DNA of 64,000 nucleotides from an uncultured candidate division Zixibacteria bacterium (GCA_963806185.1 CAWDXE010000001.1:992001-1056000); one strand, 5' to 3'; shown: positions 17,740 through 27,693, counted from the stretch's first letter. Numbers and translations are program-made. Notes: generated by a model not told the origin, from the letters alone.

Positions 17740-20700
17740 ATGCACGCGTCACGGTTATCGAAATATCTCCGCACCACCTGTTTCGCCACCGCCATGGCAT
17801 TGCTATTCAGTCTATCTTCAATCGCCGAATCCATGCATGCAAACCCGTTTACCGAAGTGAAAGCACTCGCAAGCGGCGATGGCGTTCAGACTACGGTTTC
17901 GCCCGATCTCTATACTGATCTCCGACAGGGCCCGGACAGTCGTACCATCACTCTTCCGGTAAGTGGTGACCAGACGTTGGCTCTGGAATTGGTGAAGTTT
18001 TCAGTATTGGCGCCCGACGCCCGCATTCTGGTCGCTACTCCGTCCGGTCAGGAACCCCTGGCGGCCGGCGAAGCCATCACTATGCAGGGCTCAATTGCCT
18101 CTGACCCGTCGTCACATGCCTACCTCTCGATTGCCCCCTCCGGCCTGATCAACGGCTTTGTGCAGTCGGCTGACGGTTTGTTTCTCTTCTCCACCCCCAT
18201 CGAGAACCAGAAAGTAGCCGACTATCTCGTTGTCCAGCATCCTTCCGCCTTTGGCGGTGATCGGTACGACAACTTCTGCGGCACAGAGATTAACCCCGAC
18301 CGCATCCGCCAGGAACACGGCATCGCCGCAGCCAACGACAAGAAGGGCAATCTGATGCTCAACGTGGCGATCGATTGCGACCAGAGTCTTACACAAATGT
18401 ACCCTTCAGTTAGTCTGGCGCGCGACTATGTCGTGCAAGTGATCGGGGCCGTAAGCAGTATCTATCAGCGCGATCTGAAAATTCGCCTCGCGCTCCGCTT
18501 TGCCCGCTTCTGGCCGTCAGGCGGCGAGCCGTTTGACGTCAATGATCTGAGCGGTTTCCGCAGCTGGTGGGTAGGCCATGAGGATACCACCGGACTTGAC
18601 CTGACCGAAATGTGGAGCGCCCGCTTTCCGGGCTCGTATGCCGGTATTGCCTACCTCTCCAATACCTGCGAGCATTATGGGTACGGCATTCAGGCGACGA
18701 TGAATGGCACCTTCAACGTGCCGACCGTGTCCCCCCACTGGCGCGTCTGGGACGTCAATATCGTCGCCCACGAAATGGGCCACAACCTCGGCGCCTACCA
18801 CACTCACGACTACGACCCGCCGATCGACCAGTGCGGCAGTATGGGCATTCCCAGCATCGGCACGATCATGAGCTACTGCCACATTGTCGACGGCTCTATG
18901 CTCAATCTCGACCTGCGCATGCACCGTCTCATCAGTACCTGGATTCGCAGCGATATCGATTGGGCCGGCTGTCAGGAGTATGACTGCAACGGCAATTCGA
19001 TTGATGACGCCCGGGATATCGCGCTCGGCACCAGCCTTGACGTCAATCACGACGGCATCCCCGACGAATGCCAGGACTGTAATAACAACGGCATCCTCGA
19101 CCCGATCGACATTTCGAATGGCGCTCCGGATGTCGACGGCAACGGGGTACTCGATGCGTGTGAGCCCGACTGCAACGGCAATAATTACCCGGATCGCGCG
19201 GAAACCGTCAATGGCATTTCACCGGATTTTGACGGTAATTTCCTTCCGGATGCCTGCGATGCCGACTGCAATAACAACGCGGTCATCGATTTTGCCGAAA
19301 TCAATGATGATCCCCTGCTGGACCAAAATCGCAACCGTATTCTCGACGCGTGTGAAGACTGTAACAGCAATACCGTCAACGATTACTACGATATGAATCT
19401 GCAGCGACTGATGATTGTCGGCGACTCGACCAATCAGGCGTCAATGATCATTCGCACCCTCAACGGGTATAGCGGCGCTACGCACTCGAACATCCTCTCA
19501 AACAGCGGCGGTATCTGGGACCTGGTCGTCAATCCCGTCGATAGGCTGGCGTATATCGCCAATTATGATGCCGGGCGCGTCTATCGGTTCAATCCGGTGA
19601 CAAACACGGTCACATCCATACTCTCGAACGGCTACATTTCGGCCAGTGGCATAGCGTTCCACGATATCGGCGGCACGCAATACCTGTTCCTTGTACAGCG
19701 CCTGCTGAATCGAGTGCTTCGCTTCACCACCGCAGGAGCGTTGGTGGGTACTTTCGTCGCGTCGGGGAGCAGTCCGATGACTTCACCACGTGGCCTCACC
19801 TTCGGCCCTGACGGCAATCTGTACGTAGGGTGTGATGGTACCAACGCCATTTATAAGTTCGACGGTACCACGGGCGCCTATCTGGGCGTCTTCATCTCCG
19901 CGGGATCGGGTGGCCTCAATGATCCTTCCGGCATGATGTTCGACCCGGTCGGTGGCAACTTCTGGGTTGCCTCTACCGGTTCCAATCAGGTACTCGAATA
20001 CAATGGTACATCGGGCGCATATATCGGTCCGTTCACGACCGACGGCCCATTTCTGGGTGTCCCGTGGGGCATTCGCAAAGGCCCGGACGGCCTGATTTAT
20101 ATCGGACGACAAAGCCCCGACTCCCGCATCTTCGCCTTTAATCCGACTACGCGCGAATACCTCTATGCCTTCGTGCGAAATCTTGCCGATGCCTCATTCA
20201 AACCGACCGGCTTCGACTTCCTGCCCGACTCGCCCAATGATCTGAATCACAACTGGATATTGGATGCTTGTGAGTCCGGTGACTTTGACGGTGACGGTAT
20301 CGCCAACCTCACTGATAATTGCCCCGGGGCAGGAAACGCCGGACAGGTCGACTCCGACGGTGACGGCGTCGGAGATGCCTGCGACAACTGTCTGGCTGTT
20401 GCCAACCCGGATCAGCGTGACGCTGACAGTGACGGCCTGGGCGATGCGTGCGATCCCTGTCCCTCGAGCCCACTGCAAACCGATGCCGACAGCGACGGCG
20501 TTCTCGACGGCTGTGACAACTGCCCGTTGGTCAGCAATCCCGGTCAGGAAGACGTCGATGGCGACTTGATTGGCGATGCCTGCGACATCTGCGTCAACTC
20601 GCGAGACAATTCCGACACTGACGGCGACGGCGTATGTCAGTCTGAAGACAATTGCCCGGCAATAGCTAACGCCGACCAGACCGATTCGGACCATGACGGC

Positions 20701-21045
20701 ATCGGCGATGCCTGTGATTTTGACGGCGACGCCGACGGAATTAATGACAACGTCGACAACTGCCCGTTCGTCTATAACCCGGGTCAGGAGGACACTGATA
20801 ACGACGGCATCGGCGACGTTTGTTGCTGCGTGGCCGCGACCGGCAACATCGATTGTAGTGCCGGCGATGGTGTCGATATTGGTGACCTGACCGTGCTCAT
20901 CGATAACCTCTTCATTACGTTTGCACCGCTGTGCTGTCCCGGTGAAGGGAATGTTGACGCCACGGGGGGGACCGATATTAGCGATCTGACCGTCCTGATC
21001 GACAACCTGTTTATCACCTTTGGCACGCTGCCGAATTGCCAGTAG
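17740..21045 (+). CDS. Secreted M12B/reprolysin-like zinc metalloprotease with DCNxN repeats, NHL-type beta-propeller, thrombospondin type-3 repeats and dockerin-like C-terminal domain
   Basis: SD GAGGAGG before ATG 17740. Pro-domain FCGT Cys-switch, [11 protein letters not shown], Met-turn TIMSY, DCNGN repeats, [12 protein letters not shown], repeated DxDGDGxGDACDNCP, terminal [11 protein letters not shown]...[16 protein letters not shown]. Confidence 0.85.
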   Translation: MHASRLSKYLRTTCFATAMALLFSLSSIAESMHANPFTEVKALASGDGVQTTVSPDLYTDLRQGPDSRTITLPVSGDQTLALELVKFSVLAPDARILVATPSGQEPLAAGEAITMQGSIASDPSSHAYLSIAPSGLINGFVQSADGLFLFSTPIENQKVADYLVVQHPSAFGGDRYDNFCGTEINPDRIRQEHGIAAANDKKGNLMLNVAIDCDQSLTQMYPSVSLARDYVVQVIGAVSSIYQRDLKIRLALRFARFWPSGGEPFDVNDLSGFRSWWVGHEDTTGLDLTEMWSARFPGSYAGIAYLSNTCEHYGYGIQATMNGTFNVPTVSPHWRVWDVNIVAHEMGHNLGAYHTHDYDPPIDQCGSMGIPSIGTIMSYCHIVDGSMLNLDLRMHRLISTWIRSDIDWAGCQEYDCNGNSIDDARDIALGTSLDVNHDGIPDECQDCNNNGILDPIDISNGAPDVDGNGVLDACEPDCNGNNYPDRAETVNGISPDFDGNFLPDACDADCNNNAVIDFAEINDDPLLDQNRNRILDACEDCNSNTVNDYYDMNLQRLMIVGDSTNQASMIIRTLNGYSGATHSNILSNSGGIWDLVVNPVDRLAYIANYDAGRVYRFNPVTNTVTSILSNGYISASGIAFHDIGGTQYLFLVQRLLNRVLRFTTAGALVGTFVASGSSPMTSPRGLTFGPDGNLYVGCDGTNAIYKFDGTTGAYLGVFISAGSGGLNDPSGMMFDPVGGNFWVASTGSNQVLEYNGTSGAYIGPFTTDGPFLGVPWGIRKGPDGLIYIGRQSPDSRIFAFNPTTREYLYAFVRNLADASFKPTGFDFLPDSPNDLNHNWILDACESGDFDGDGIANLTDNCPGAGNAGQVDSDGDGVGDACDNCLAVANPDQRDADSDGLGDACDPCPSSPLQTDADSDGVLDGCDNCPLVSNPGQEDVDGDLIGDACDICVNSRDNSDTDGDGVCQSEDNCPAIANADQTDSDHDGIGDACDFDGDADGINDNVDNCPFVYNPGQEDTDNDGIGDVCCCVAATGNIDCSAGDGVDIGDLTVLIDNLFITFAPLCCPGEGNVDATGGTDISDLTVLIDNLFITFGTLPNCQ

Positions 21046-21139
21046 GCTGCAGGTGCCAAGACTAATGTAGCGGCCGTTGGAAATGCACTGTTTCCAGCGG
21101 TCGCTTTTGCTAGTCGACCTCTGGTCACTTGGCGGACAG

Positions 21140-22537
21140 TCACTCTATGTTCATGTCCACAACTCGCGATTTGTCGAAGTCGACACATACTCCAAAGGGA
21201 ACCTTGCACTCCCAGGGCAGATTCTCACACGAGCCGTCATCTGAAGAAGCGTCGAGGAATACACAGCGACCCTCAACTTCGGTCATGACAAGCATATGAT
21301 TGAATAGTCCGGAAAGTTGAAACGGCAATTTGTCTCTGGTACTTATCAGAACCGGCCATGCTTTCACGCCGGCGCTTTCCAACATCTTTACCATTAGAAG
21401 ATTGATTTCGAACGGTACGCCGTGCCGGGTTTTGTATAGTTTCCGAAGATCGTCATGTGCCGGATGCATATTGTACCCACCACTATCTGCTGTATACTGA
21501 CTTGTGAGATAGTCACAAATCTTGACAATACGTACCATAGGCGCATCGTCAGATGACCATAGCTTGCCAAACTGCTTTCTCATGCCGATGGTAACTTTCA
21601 GATACTCATTCAGATATCCTTGAATACTCCGGCCCACGTATTGCCAGTGGGTGGAATCGTACACCCCGCGAATAATCCTGTTTTCCCCTCGATCGACGGA
21701 TGAGAATCTGTTGAAATGCAGGCCGCTGCGATTCAGTTCCGAGAAACCCTGGGCACTGCTGTCCGACGGAAATGCTCTGATATTCTCCATGTGCCAGGTG
21801 TGCTTCTTGTAGGCGGTAGCTGTCAACACCTTGACTCGTTCGACCGCCGGATCGGCTCTTTCGGCCGGCATATTTAGGGGGACAAACAGGTAATCGCAAT
21901 CTGCGCCAATCTTGGCCGTAAACTCGGAAGTGAGGCAGTATATAGGATTATCAAAATGCCAGGATGGCAGGTTCCGCATGACAATTCCTTCACCAAAATG
22001 ATCAATATCTCCCTCAATCCTCGTCTTGAACTTGTACGCGTCGTAGTAGTGCTCCTGTCCAAACAGGTAGAACGCCTCGGGCCCAAGTTTGTCAAAACCT
22101 GAGTAGTATTCGATCGTATATCGATACTCTATGATATCACCGGGCTGCAAATCAGAAAACTGCAACACACAGTATCGCCAAGGTCCCTTTTCTACTGTCT
22201 GAGAATGGTCTTTGGCAGAGAGCTTAGAGGTGATGCCCTGCCTGTGAAGCCTCATCTCAATGTCAGTCAGATGGTCATAGTGAAGATATTCAATAGTCGC
22301 CTCACCGGCTTGCACCGCGCCCGCCGGCGTGAATACTTTTAAACGGGTATGCCGGTCGAAAGTCACACCGCTCTGTTCGGTTGTGACGAGACCGCGATCA
22401 AAAAGAATTACAGCATCCGGATAGTCCGCGGTCGGTTGAAGACGCTCCTCATTCTCACTGAACTGCTCCCAGTCTTGCGCATACACGGATACGGCAAAGA
22501 GAAGCGAAAAGATAGCGAAACACCTGAGTAGATTCAT
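21140..22537 (-). CDS. Secreted DUF3857 plus transglutaminase-like domain protein
   Basis: Signal peptide, DAVILFD, RLKVFT, GDIIEYRYTI, EINLLMVKML...AWPVLISTR...FNHM...FLDAS. No catalytic Cys at the usual position. Confidence 0.7.
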   Translation of the reverse strand: MNLLRCFAIFSLLFAVSVYAQDWEQFSENEERLQPTADYPDAVILFDRGLVTTEQSGVTFDRHTRLKVFTPAGAVQAGEATIEYLHYDHLTDIEMRLHRQGITSKLSAKDHSQTVEKGPWRYCVLQFSDLQPGDIIEYRYTIEYYSGFDKLGPEAFYLFGQEHYYDAYKFKTRIEGDIDHFGEGIVMRNLPSWHFDNPIYCLTSEFTAKIGADCDYLFVPLNMPAERADPAVERVKVLTATAYKKHTWHMENIRAFPSDSSAQGFSELNRSGLHFNRFSSVDRGENRIIRGVYDSTHWQYVGRSIQGYLNEYLKVTIGMRKQFGKLWSSDDAPMVRIVKICDYLTSQYTADSGGYNMHPAHDDLRKLYKTRHGVPFEINLLMVKMLESAGVKAWPVLISTRDKLPFQLSGLFNHMLVMTEVEGRCVFLDASSDDGSCENLPWECKVPFGVCVDFDKSRVVDMNIE

Positions 22538-22913
22538 GCGATCCTCCCACCATCACTCAAATAGTCTCCAGGCCGGACAAATCGACAACTATTACTCGGC
22601 CAAGCCGGCTTGGGCAAAATGGCAATCAATGAAAGCTGGCTGGATCACGGCGCCGACCGGCGGCAGGAAACGGTAGATTTGAGTTGGCGGAGGACTGCCG
22701 GACACCATCTACTCTCCGTGAGCACTCGGGTGAGTGGCTACCAGTTTATGCCTTTTCACTCAACAGGCGAAATTAAGATCCTAATAATGGTGTGTCAAGT
22801 CGAGAATTGCTCGCAGCCGAATTTGTGAGGCCGAAATCGGTGGGAACAAAGGTCATCTTTCGCGGAGACGAAATTCAGAGGAACTGCCCGCCTGCGGGTG
22901 TTGTTTCCCCTGC

Positions 22914-23117
22914 ATGCGTTTAGTTCGGTCAATCTTTGACAATCGATTCACCCGCTTGGGGCTGTTTGTTCTGGCCGGCGGCCTGCTGGGTGTTGCCATC
23001 TCGGTCGCTTATTCGTATTTTGGTTCCACCTGACAGATCATGTGTAATCCATACCTGGCCGGGTCGCTGGGTGCCGGAGTCGGACTTATGCTGTCGCTGG
23101 ATAAGGCGAAAAACTAG
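22914..23117 (+). CDS. Probable small membrane selenoprotein (67 aa, DUF6132-like) with in-frame TGA at codon 40
   Basis: Manual translation MRLVRSIFDNRFTRLGLFVLAGGLLGVAISVAYSYFGST-U-QIMCNPYLAGSLGAGVGLMLSLDKAKN*. TGA at 23031-23033. The TAG stop ends 1 nt before the next ATG. A SECIS-like hairpin follows the TGA. Confidence 0.7.
23053..23072 (+). promoter_or_regulatory. Putative bacterial SECIS element 1
   Basis: ACCTGGC-CGGGTC-GCTGGGT stem-loop (two G-U pairs). The loop starts 26 nt after the TGA at 23031-23033. Confidence 0.55.
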
Positions 23118-23118
23118 A

Positions 23119-23334
23119 ATGCCGATTTTTGAGTATCAATGCCGCGATTGCGGCCGCAAATTCGAAGAGCTGGTGGGCGCAGCCGACGAAGCGATGAGCT
23201 GTCCCTCGTGCCAGTCGCAAAATGTCTTGAAACTGCTGTCGGTCTTCGCCGCCTCCGTGCCGTCCGGTGGCAGTGCTCCGGCGACTGCTTGCGGACGCCC
23301 CGGCTGTGGCGCCGGATTCAGTTGAGCCAATTGA
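23119..23334 (+). CDS. FmdB-family zinc-ribbon protein, probably with C-terminal selenocysteine (ends at 23325 if the first TGA is a stop)
   Basis: MPIFEYQCRDCG...CPSCQS...KLLSVF...CGRPGCGAGFS-TGA-GCC-AAT-TGA. Confidence 0.8.
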
Positions 23335-23339
23335 AGTGC

Positions 23340-23357
23340 GGCTCGCGGTCGCGGGCC
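23340..23357 (+). promoter_or_regulatory. Putative bacterial SECIS element 2
   Basis: GGCTCGC-GGTC-GCGGGCC stem-loop. The loop starts 21 nt after the TGA at 23323-23325. Confidence 0.6.
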
Positions 23358-23368
23358 ATCGGAGAACT

Positions 23369-23902
23369 ATGAAGAACCTCGGTCTTAGCGTTGTCGTCAC
23401 CGTCCTGTTGATTGCAGGTTGCGGCCCGGCAAAACATCTCGATGACAAACTCGACTGGCAGAAGATCGGTACTGTTGCGGCCAATTTCCCCGCTGCCCCG
23501 CAACCCGGCTCCAAACCGATCTTTCTCTACTTCAGCCAGAATAACTGCCACTACTGTGCCGCGATGGACAGCCTTTTTGAACGGTCGGAGGTCGCCTGGT
23601 ATATCAACGAGCACTTCCTGCCGGTAAATGTAAACGTGGATACCGATCTCCCCCTGTATGTGGGCCGTGACACCCTCGACTACGCGCGTCTCTTCAAGAT
23701 CTTCAAAATGGACGGATTCCCGGCCTATTACTTTTTCGACACTACCGGTCACCTCATGGGGATGCTGGAACGCTCCATGGACCTGGTGCACCTCAAACGG
23801 AGTCTTGTTTACGTCAACGATGGTCACTTCGGCAAGCTGTCCTGGGAGGATTTTTTGAAGTTACCCGACGTACCAAAGGACACCGTTCGGGGAATCTTCT
23901 AG
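23369..23902 (+). CDS. Thioredoxin-fold (SoxW/DsbD-gamma-like) lipoprotein
   Basis: SD GGAG, lipobox IAG-C, KPIFLYFSQNNCHYCAAM, GFPAYYFFD. Confidence 0.8.
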   Translation: MKNLGLSVVVTVLLIAGCGPAKHLDDKLDWQKIGTVAANFPAAPQPGSKPIFLYFSQNNCHYCAAMDSLFERSEVAWYINEHFLPVNVNVDTDLPLYVGRDTLDYARLFKIFKMDGFPAYYFFDTTGHLMGMLERSMDLVHLKRSLVYVNDGHFGKLSWEDFLKLPDVPKDTVRGIF

Positions 23903-24666
23903 CCGCGCTTTTGTGCCACCACGCAGATTCGTCCGGCATCCGCCGGCGCCTTTCCAAAGGTCCTGCAGTCGTAGACGCCGCGAATGACGAATCCGGCCCG
24001 GCGCACGAGCCGTTGTATCTCTGCTGGAGTATACCCGCGCTCGCAATGGGTTTCATCAAAGCGCTTCCAGTACTTCCCTTGCCGCACAAAAAACGCCGCG
24101 CGCAGTATGCCCAGCTTCCGCTTCGCGTCAAACTCCGCTCGCCACGCCCAGGCCAGATCATCAGTCGCCCCCGTCGAATTCTGCCACCTTCCAAGCCCGG
24201 CCAGCGTGTTCATGTCGAATATCAGCCACCCGCCGGGTACGGTGCGTGTATGCGCAGCGCGAAACGTTGCCAACAACTCCCGCTCTGTCAGGAGGTAGTT
24301 CAGGGCGTCGTAATAGCTGGTGACCAGGTCAAACCCCGTACCGATCGCTCTATCCGGTAGCTCCAGCTTAGGCAGGGTCGATCGGTAGAACCGTGCGTCG
24401 AAGCGGTGGCATTTCTCTCGGGCCACCTTCAGCATGGCCGCCGATTGATCAACTCCGACAACGCTATACCCATGCTCGGCAAACAGCTTTGCCGCCGTTC
24501 CGGTGCCGCAACACAGGTCGAGCACTCGACGAGGTCGAATCTTGTGGCGCCGCATAAGTTCCAGTGAATAGGCCACCATCTTCGTAGAAAATCGGTCCAT
24601 ACCGATCTGGTCATACACATCGGCGAACCGGCCGTAGACGCCGCGCGACCCGGTTTTAGTTGACAC
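23899..24666 (-). CDS. Class I SAM-dependent methyltransferase
   Basis: FADVYD, VLDLCCGTG, GVDQSAAML, YDALNYL, GGWLIFDMNT, ETHCERGY. GTG start after GGAGG. Confidence 0.88.
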   Translation of the reverse strand: MSTKTGSRGVYGRFADVYDQIGMDRFSTKMVAYSLELMRRHKIRPRRVLDLCCGTGTAAKLFAEHGYSVVGVDQSAAMLKVAREKCHRFDARFYRSTLPKLELPDRAIGTGFDLVTSYYDALNYLLTERELLATFRAAHTRTVPGGWLIFDMNTLAGLGRWQNSTGATDDLAWAWRAEFDAKRKLGILRAAFFVRQGKYWKRFDETHCERGYTPAEIQRLVRRAGFVIRGVYDCRTFGKAPADAGRICVVAQKRG

Positions 24667-24775
24667 TTTTTTTCCTCCAAATTTCTTACCAGCACGTATA
24701 CTCGGTTGCGACGGAAGCGGCAAGCAGAACTTTCACGTCTGGGCCGCAGCTCCGACGCAGAGAAAGGAACCCCTG

Positions 24776-25204
24776 ATGACGACGATGTTCTGGATATGGA
24801 TGGCGGCGGCGCTCATCTTTCTGATTATCGAGTTGACCACACCGACCCTGATCTTTCTGTCCTTCGTGGTCGCAGCAGCAGCAGCCGGTATTTATTCATA
24901 CTTTGAGCCGACGGAATACTATTGGCAACTGGGTATCTTCGCCGCACTGTCGCTAATACTGATTCCCACTACCCGCCGGTTTGCCAAGCGGATTACGAAG
25001 GAAGCCCCCGAGCATGCCAATGTCGATCGCATGTTGGGCGGCATTGCCATCGTCACCAAGGATATCGACCCCGATGTGGGCGGCCAGGTGAAGTACGAGG
25101 GCGAATTGTGGGTGGCCAAAGCCGACGAGCCGATCGCGGCCAACAACAAAGTCAAAATCATCTCGGTGGCCGGCACACGCGTGCACGTCCAGAAAGTGAG
25201 CTAA
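24776..25204 (+). CDS. NfeD-like (short, OB-fold) membrane protein
   Basis: Hydrophobic N-terminus, GQVKYEGELWVA; directly upstream of an SPFH gene. Confidence 0.88.
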   Translation: MTTMFWIWMAAALIFLIIELTTPTLIFLSFVVAAAAAGIYSYFEPTEYYWQLGIFAALSLILIPTTRRFAKRITKEAPEHANVDRMLGGIAIVTKDIDPDVGGQVKYEGELWVAKADEPIAANNKVKIISVAGTRVHVQKVS

Positions 25205-25207
25205 GTC

Positions 25208-26188
25208 GTGGAATCGTCACTGCATCCGGTTGTCATTTTTCTCCTCGTCCTGGTTGTCTTTGCATTCATTTATGTGCTTGCGGCGATACGTACCATCCGC
25301 CCCTTTGAAAAAGGACTGATTGAACGTCTCGGTCGCTTTCAGCGCGTCATCAATCCCGGCCTGAATTTGATTGTGCCGTTTTTCGACACCCTGATCAAAG
25401 TCGATATGCGCGAGGTAGTCATCGAAGTCCCGGCCCAGCTGGTGATCACCAAAGACAACGTCAATGTCGAGGTTGACGCTGTCATCTACTGTCAGGTGAC
25501 TGACCCCTTCCGCTCCCGCTACGAAATCACCAATTACATCATGGCGGCCACCAAACTGGCGCAAACCAACCTCCGTAACGTGATCGGCGAGCTCGACCTG
25601 GACCAGTGCCTGTCGTCACGCGAGCGGATCAACTCCCAATTGCGCGATGTCATGGATCAGGCGACCGACAAGTGGGGCGTAAAGGTCAATCGTATTGAAC
25701 TCCAGCGCATCGATCCGCCGGCCGACATCACGCAGGCGATGAGCCGCCAAATGAAGGCCGAACGTGACAAGCGCGCCACCATTCTCGACGCGGAAGCGAT
25801 CCGGCAGTCGGAAATCACGAAGGCGGAAGGCTCCAAGCTGTCACAGATTCTCGAAGCCGAAGGGTACTCACAATCGATACGGCTGAAAGCGGATGCGGAG
25901 AAGTATCGTCAAATCGCCGTGGCCGAGGGTGAAGCTCAGGCCACTATCAACGTCTTCAAGGCGATTCACGAGGGCCAGCCCGACGAACGACTGATCACAC
26001 TCAAATATCTGGAGATGCTGCCCAAACTGGCTGAGAACGAAGCCAACAAGATCTTCATGCCGTACGAAGCGACGGGAATCATTGCGAGCCTTGCGGCCAT
26101 GGTTGACGGTGTGCGTCTGAACAACGCCCCGAAGGCGAAAACTCCGGTGGCGGTCACCGCCACGCCCCCACCGATGAAGCAGGGGTAG
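25208..26188 (+). CDS. SPFH/Band 7 stomatin-like protein (QmcA type)
   Basis: ERLGRF, PGLNLIVPF, VITKDNV, QTNLRNVIG, WGVKVNRIE, QMKAERDKRA. Confidence 0.93.
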   Translation: MESSLHPVVIFLLVLVVFAFIYVLAAIRTIRPFEKGLIERLGRFQRVINPGLNLIVPFFDTLIKVDMREVVIEVPAQLVITKDNVNVEVDAVIYCQVTDPFRSRYEITNYIMAATKLAQTNLRNVIGELDLDQCLSSRERINSQLRDVMDQATDKWGVKVNRIELQRIDPPADITQAMSRQMKAERDKRATILDAEAIRQSEITKAEGSKLSQILEAEGYSQSIRLKADAEKYRQIAVAEGEAQATINVFKAIHEGQPDERLITLKYLEMLPKLAENEANKIFMPYEATGIIASLAAMVDGVRLNNAPKAKTPVAVTATPPPMKQG

Positions 26189-26196
26189 GCAGCGTT

Positions 26197-26237
26197 GTAG
26201 GTCAGGCTTCTTTATCCAATTGCTCAAGAAGCCTGAC
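26197..26237 (+). repeat. REP element, GTAG family, left of the RAYT gene
   Basis: GTAG + GTCAGGCTTCTT - 13-nt loop - AAGAAGCCTGAC. Confidence 0.85.
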
Positions 26238-26281
26238 AGGTAAGAACTTGCCTCCTTCATTTCGTTAGATGATAGTGTGCC

Positions 26282-26782
26282 ATGTCGATTCTTCGACGTT
26301 ACCCCAGTTTCGGAAAACCGGTTTTCGTGACGATGGTGACATGTAACCGAGCACCCGTTCTTGAACCAATGAGGTCGATGATTCTCGGCAAATTGCGTCG
26401 ACTGGACAGAGAAGGCGCTTGGCAACTCACCGCATGGGTCATATTGCCCGATCACCTTCACTTGCTAGTGCTCCCCAAGACGGCAGAGATATCACCCTTG
26501 ATTCATCGAGCAAAAATGGCGATTAGCTCAGGGTTACGCGCGCGGATAGGACACTCATTTGGGCGACTGTGGCAACATCGCTTCTTCGATCACATCATTC
26601 GAAATCAAGAAGATATGAATCGACACATAGATTACATTCACTACAACCCGGTAAGACATCACCTTGCGATCTCTCCGGGCGAGTATGAATATTCTTCCTT
26701 CAAGCTGTATCTCACTGACGAGAAGTATGAAGCTGATTGGGGCAGCGTGGAGGGGATGGATGGAAGGGACTTTGGCGAGTAG
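26282..26782 (+). mobile_element. REP-associated tyrosine transposase (RAYT/TnpA-REP, IS200/IS605-related HUH Y1 enzyme)
   Basis: FVTMVT, AWVILPDHLH (HUH), LWQHRFFDHIIRN, IDYIHYNPV, YSS; flanked by inverted REPs. Confidence 0.92.
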
Positions 26783-26790
26783 ACTACCCT

Positions 26791-26831
26791 GTCAGGCTTC
26801 TTGACAAAATGGTTATAGAAGCCTGACCTAC
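26791..26831 (-). repeat. REP element, GTAG family, right of the RAYT gene (inverted)
   Basis: GTCAGGCTTCT - 15-nt loop - AGAAGCCTGAC + CTAC (GTAG on the minus strand). Confidence 0.85.
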
Positions 26832-26881
26832 AGTTCCAAGCCAAAAACCTGACAACATAGCACCAAAGGATATAAACCACC

Positions 26882-27610
26882 ATGCCCATCAAAAACGTCT
26901 ACTCCGACAGCCGCCTCGCCGGCGACTATGCCAAACTCGAATTCCCCAATACCTACTACCTCGCCTTCCGTGACCTCCCGGCCATCATGGCCGAACACGC
27001 CACCGGCACGCGGGCGATTGATTTCGGTTGCGGCGCCGGGCGTAGCACCCGGTTCCTAAAACAATGCGGCTTCAGCCCTATCGGCATTGATATCTCCGAA
27101 GAAATGATCCGCCTGGCGAAACAAACGGATCCGTCCGGTGATTACCGCCACACTGCCGACGGTGACTTCTCGCAGTTTGCCTCAGGCACAATCGATCTCG
27201 TGCTCGCCGCCTTTACCTTCGACAACATCCCGACGCGCGAGAAGAAACTCTGGATCTTCCAGGAAATCGCCCGCTTGCTCAAAAAGAGCGGCCGCTTGAT
27301 TGTGCTGGTTTCCGCACCGGAATTGTACCTGCACGATTGGGCGTCCTTTACCTGCACCTGCTTTCCGGAGAATAGGACAGCCAAAACCGGCGAAATCGTG
27401 CGAACTATGATGAAAGATATCCCGGACAAGCGGCCGATCGACGATATCCTCTGGCCCGATGAAGCGTACCACGAAGTGACTTCGGCAGCCGGGCTCACGA
27501 TCATCAAGAAGTATCGCCCCTTAGGCAATGCCGACGAACCCTACGTCTGGGTCAACGAGACAACGATCGCACCCTGGGTGATCTACGTCCTGCGCAGTGC
27601 CGCCTGCTGA
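26882..27610 (+). CDS. Class I SAM-dependent methyltransferase
   Basis: AIDFGCGAGRS, GIDISEEMI, LLKKSGRLI. Confidence 0.85.
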   Translation: MPIKNVYSDSRLAGDYAKLEFPNTYYLAFRDLPAIMAEHATGTRAIDFGCGAGRSTRFLKQCGFSPIGIDISEEMIRLAKQTDPSGDYRHTADGDFSQFASGTIDLVLAAFTFDNIPTREKKLWIFQEIARLLKKSGRLIVLVSAPELYLHDWASFTCTCFPENRTAKTGEIVRTMMKDIPDKRPIDDILWPDEAYHEVTSAAGLTIIKKYRPLGNADEPYVWVNETTIAPWVIYVLRSAAC

Positions 27611-27640
27611 TTCCTGGCGTCACCTCTCGATTCAATATCA

Positions 27641-27669
27641 AAAGACCCCGGCGGGCAGCCGGGGTCTTT
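27641..27669. terminator. Bidirectional intrinsic terminator between convergent genes
   Basis: AAAGACCCCGGC-GGGCA-GCCGGGGTCTTT. Confidence 0.8.
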
Positions 27670-27693
27670 GGGTTAGTGGGTTGGAGATTGCCC

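Noticed and set aside
27605..27669. TGC-TGA (Cys-Sec?) at the methyltransferase end followed by a hairpin
   Set aside because: The loop is about 42 nt from the TGA and the hairpin has flanking A/T runs typical of a bidirectional terminator.
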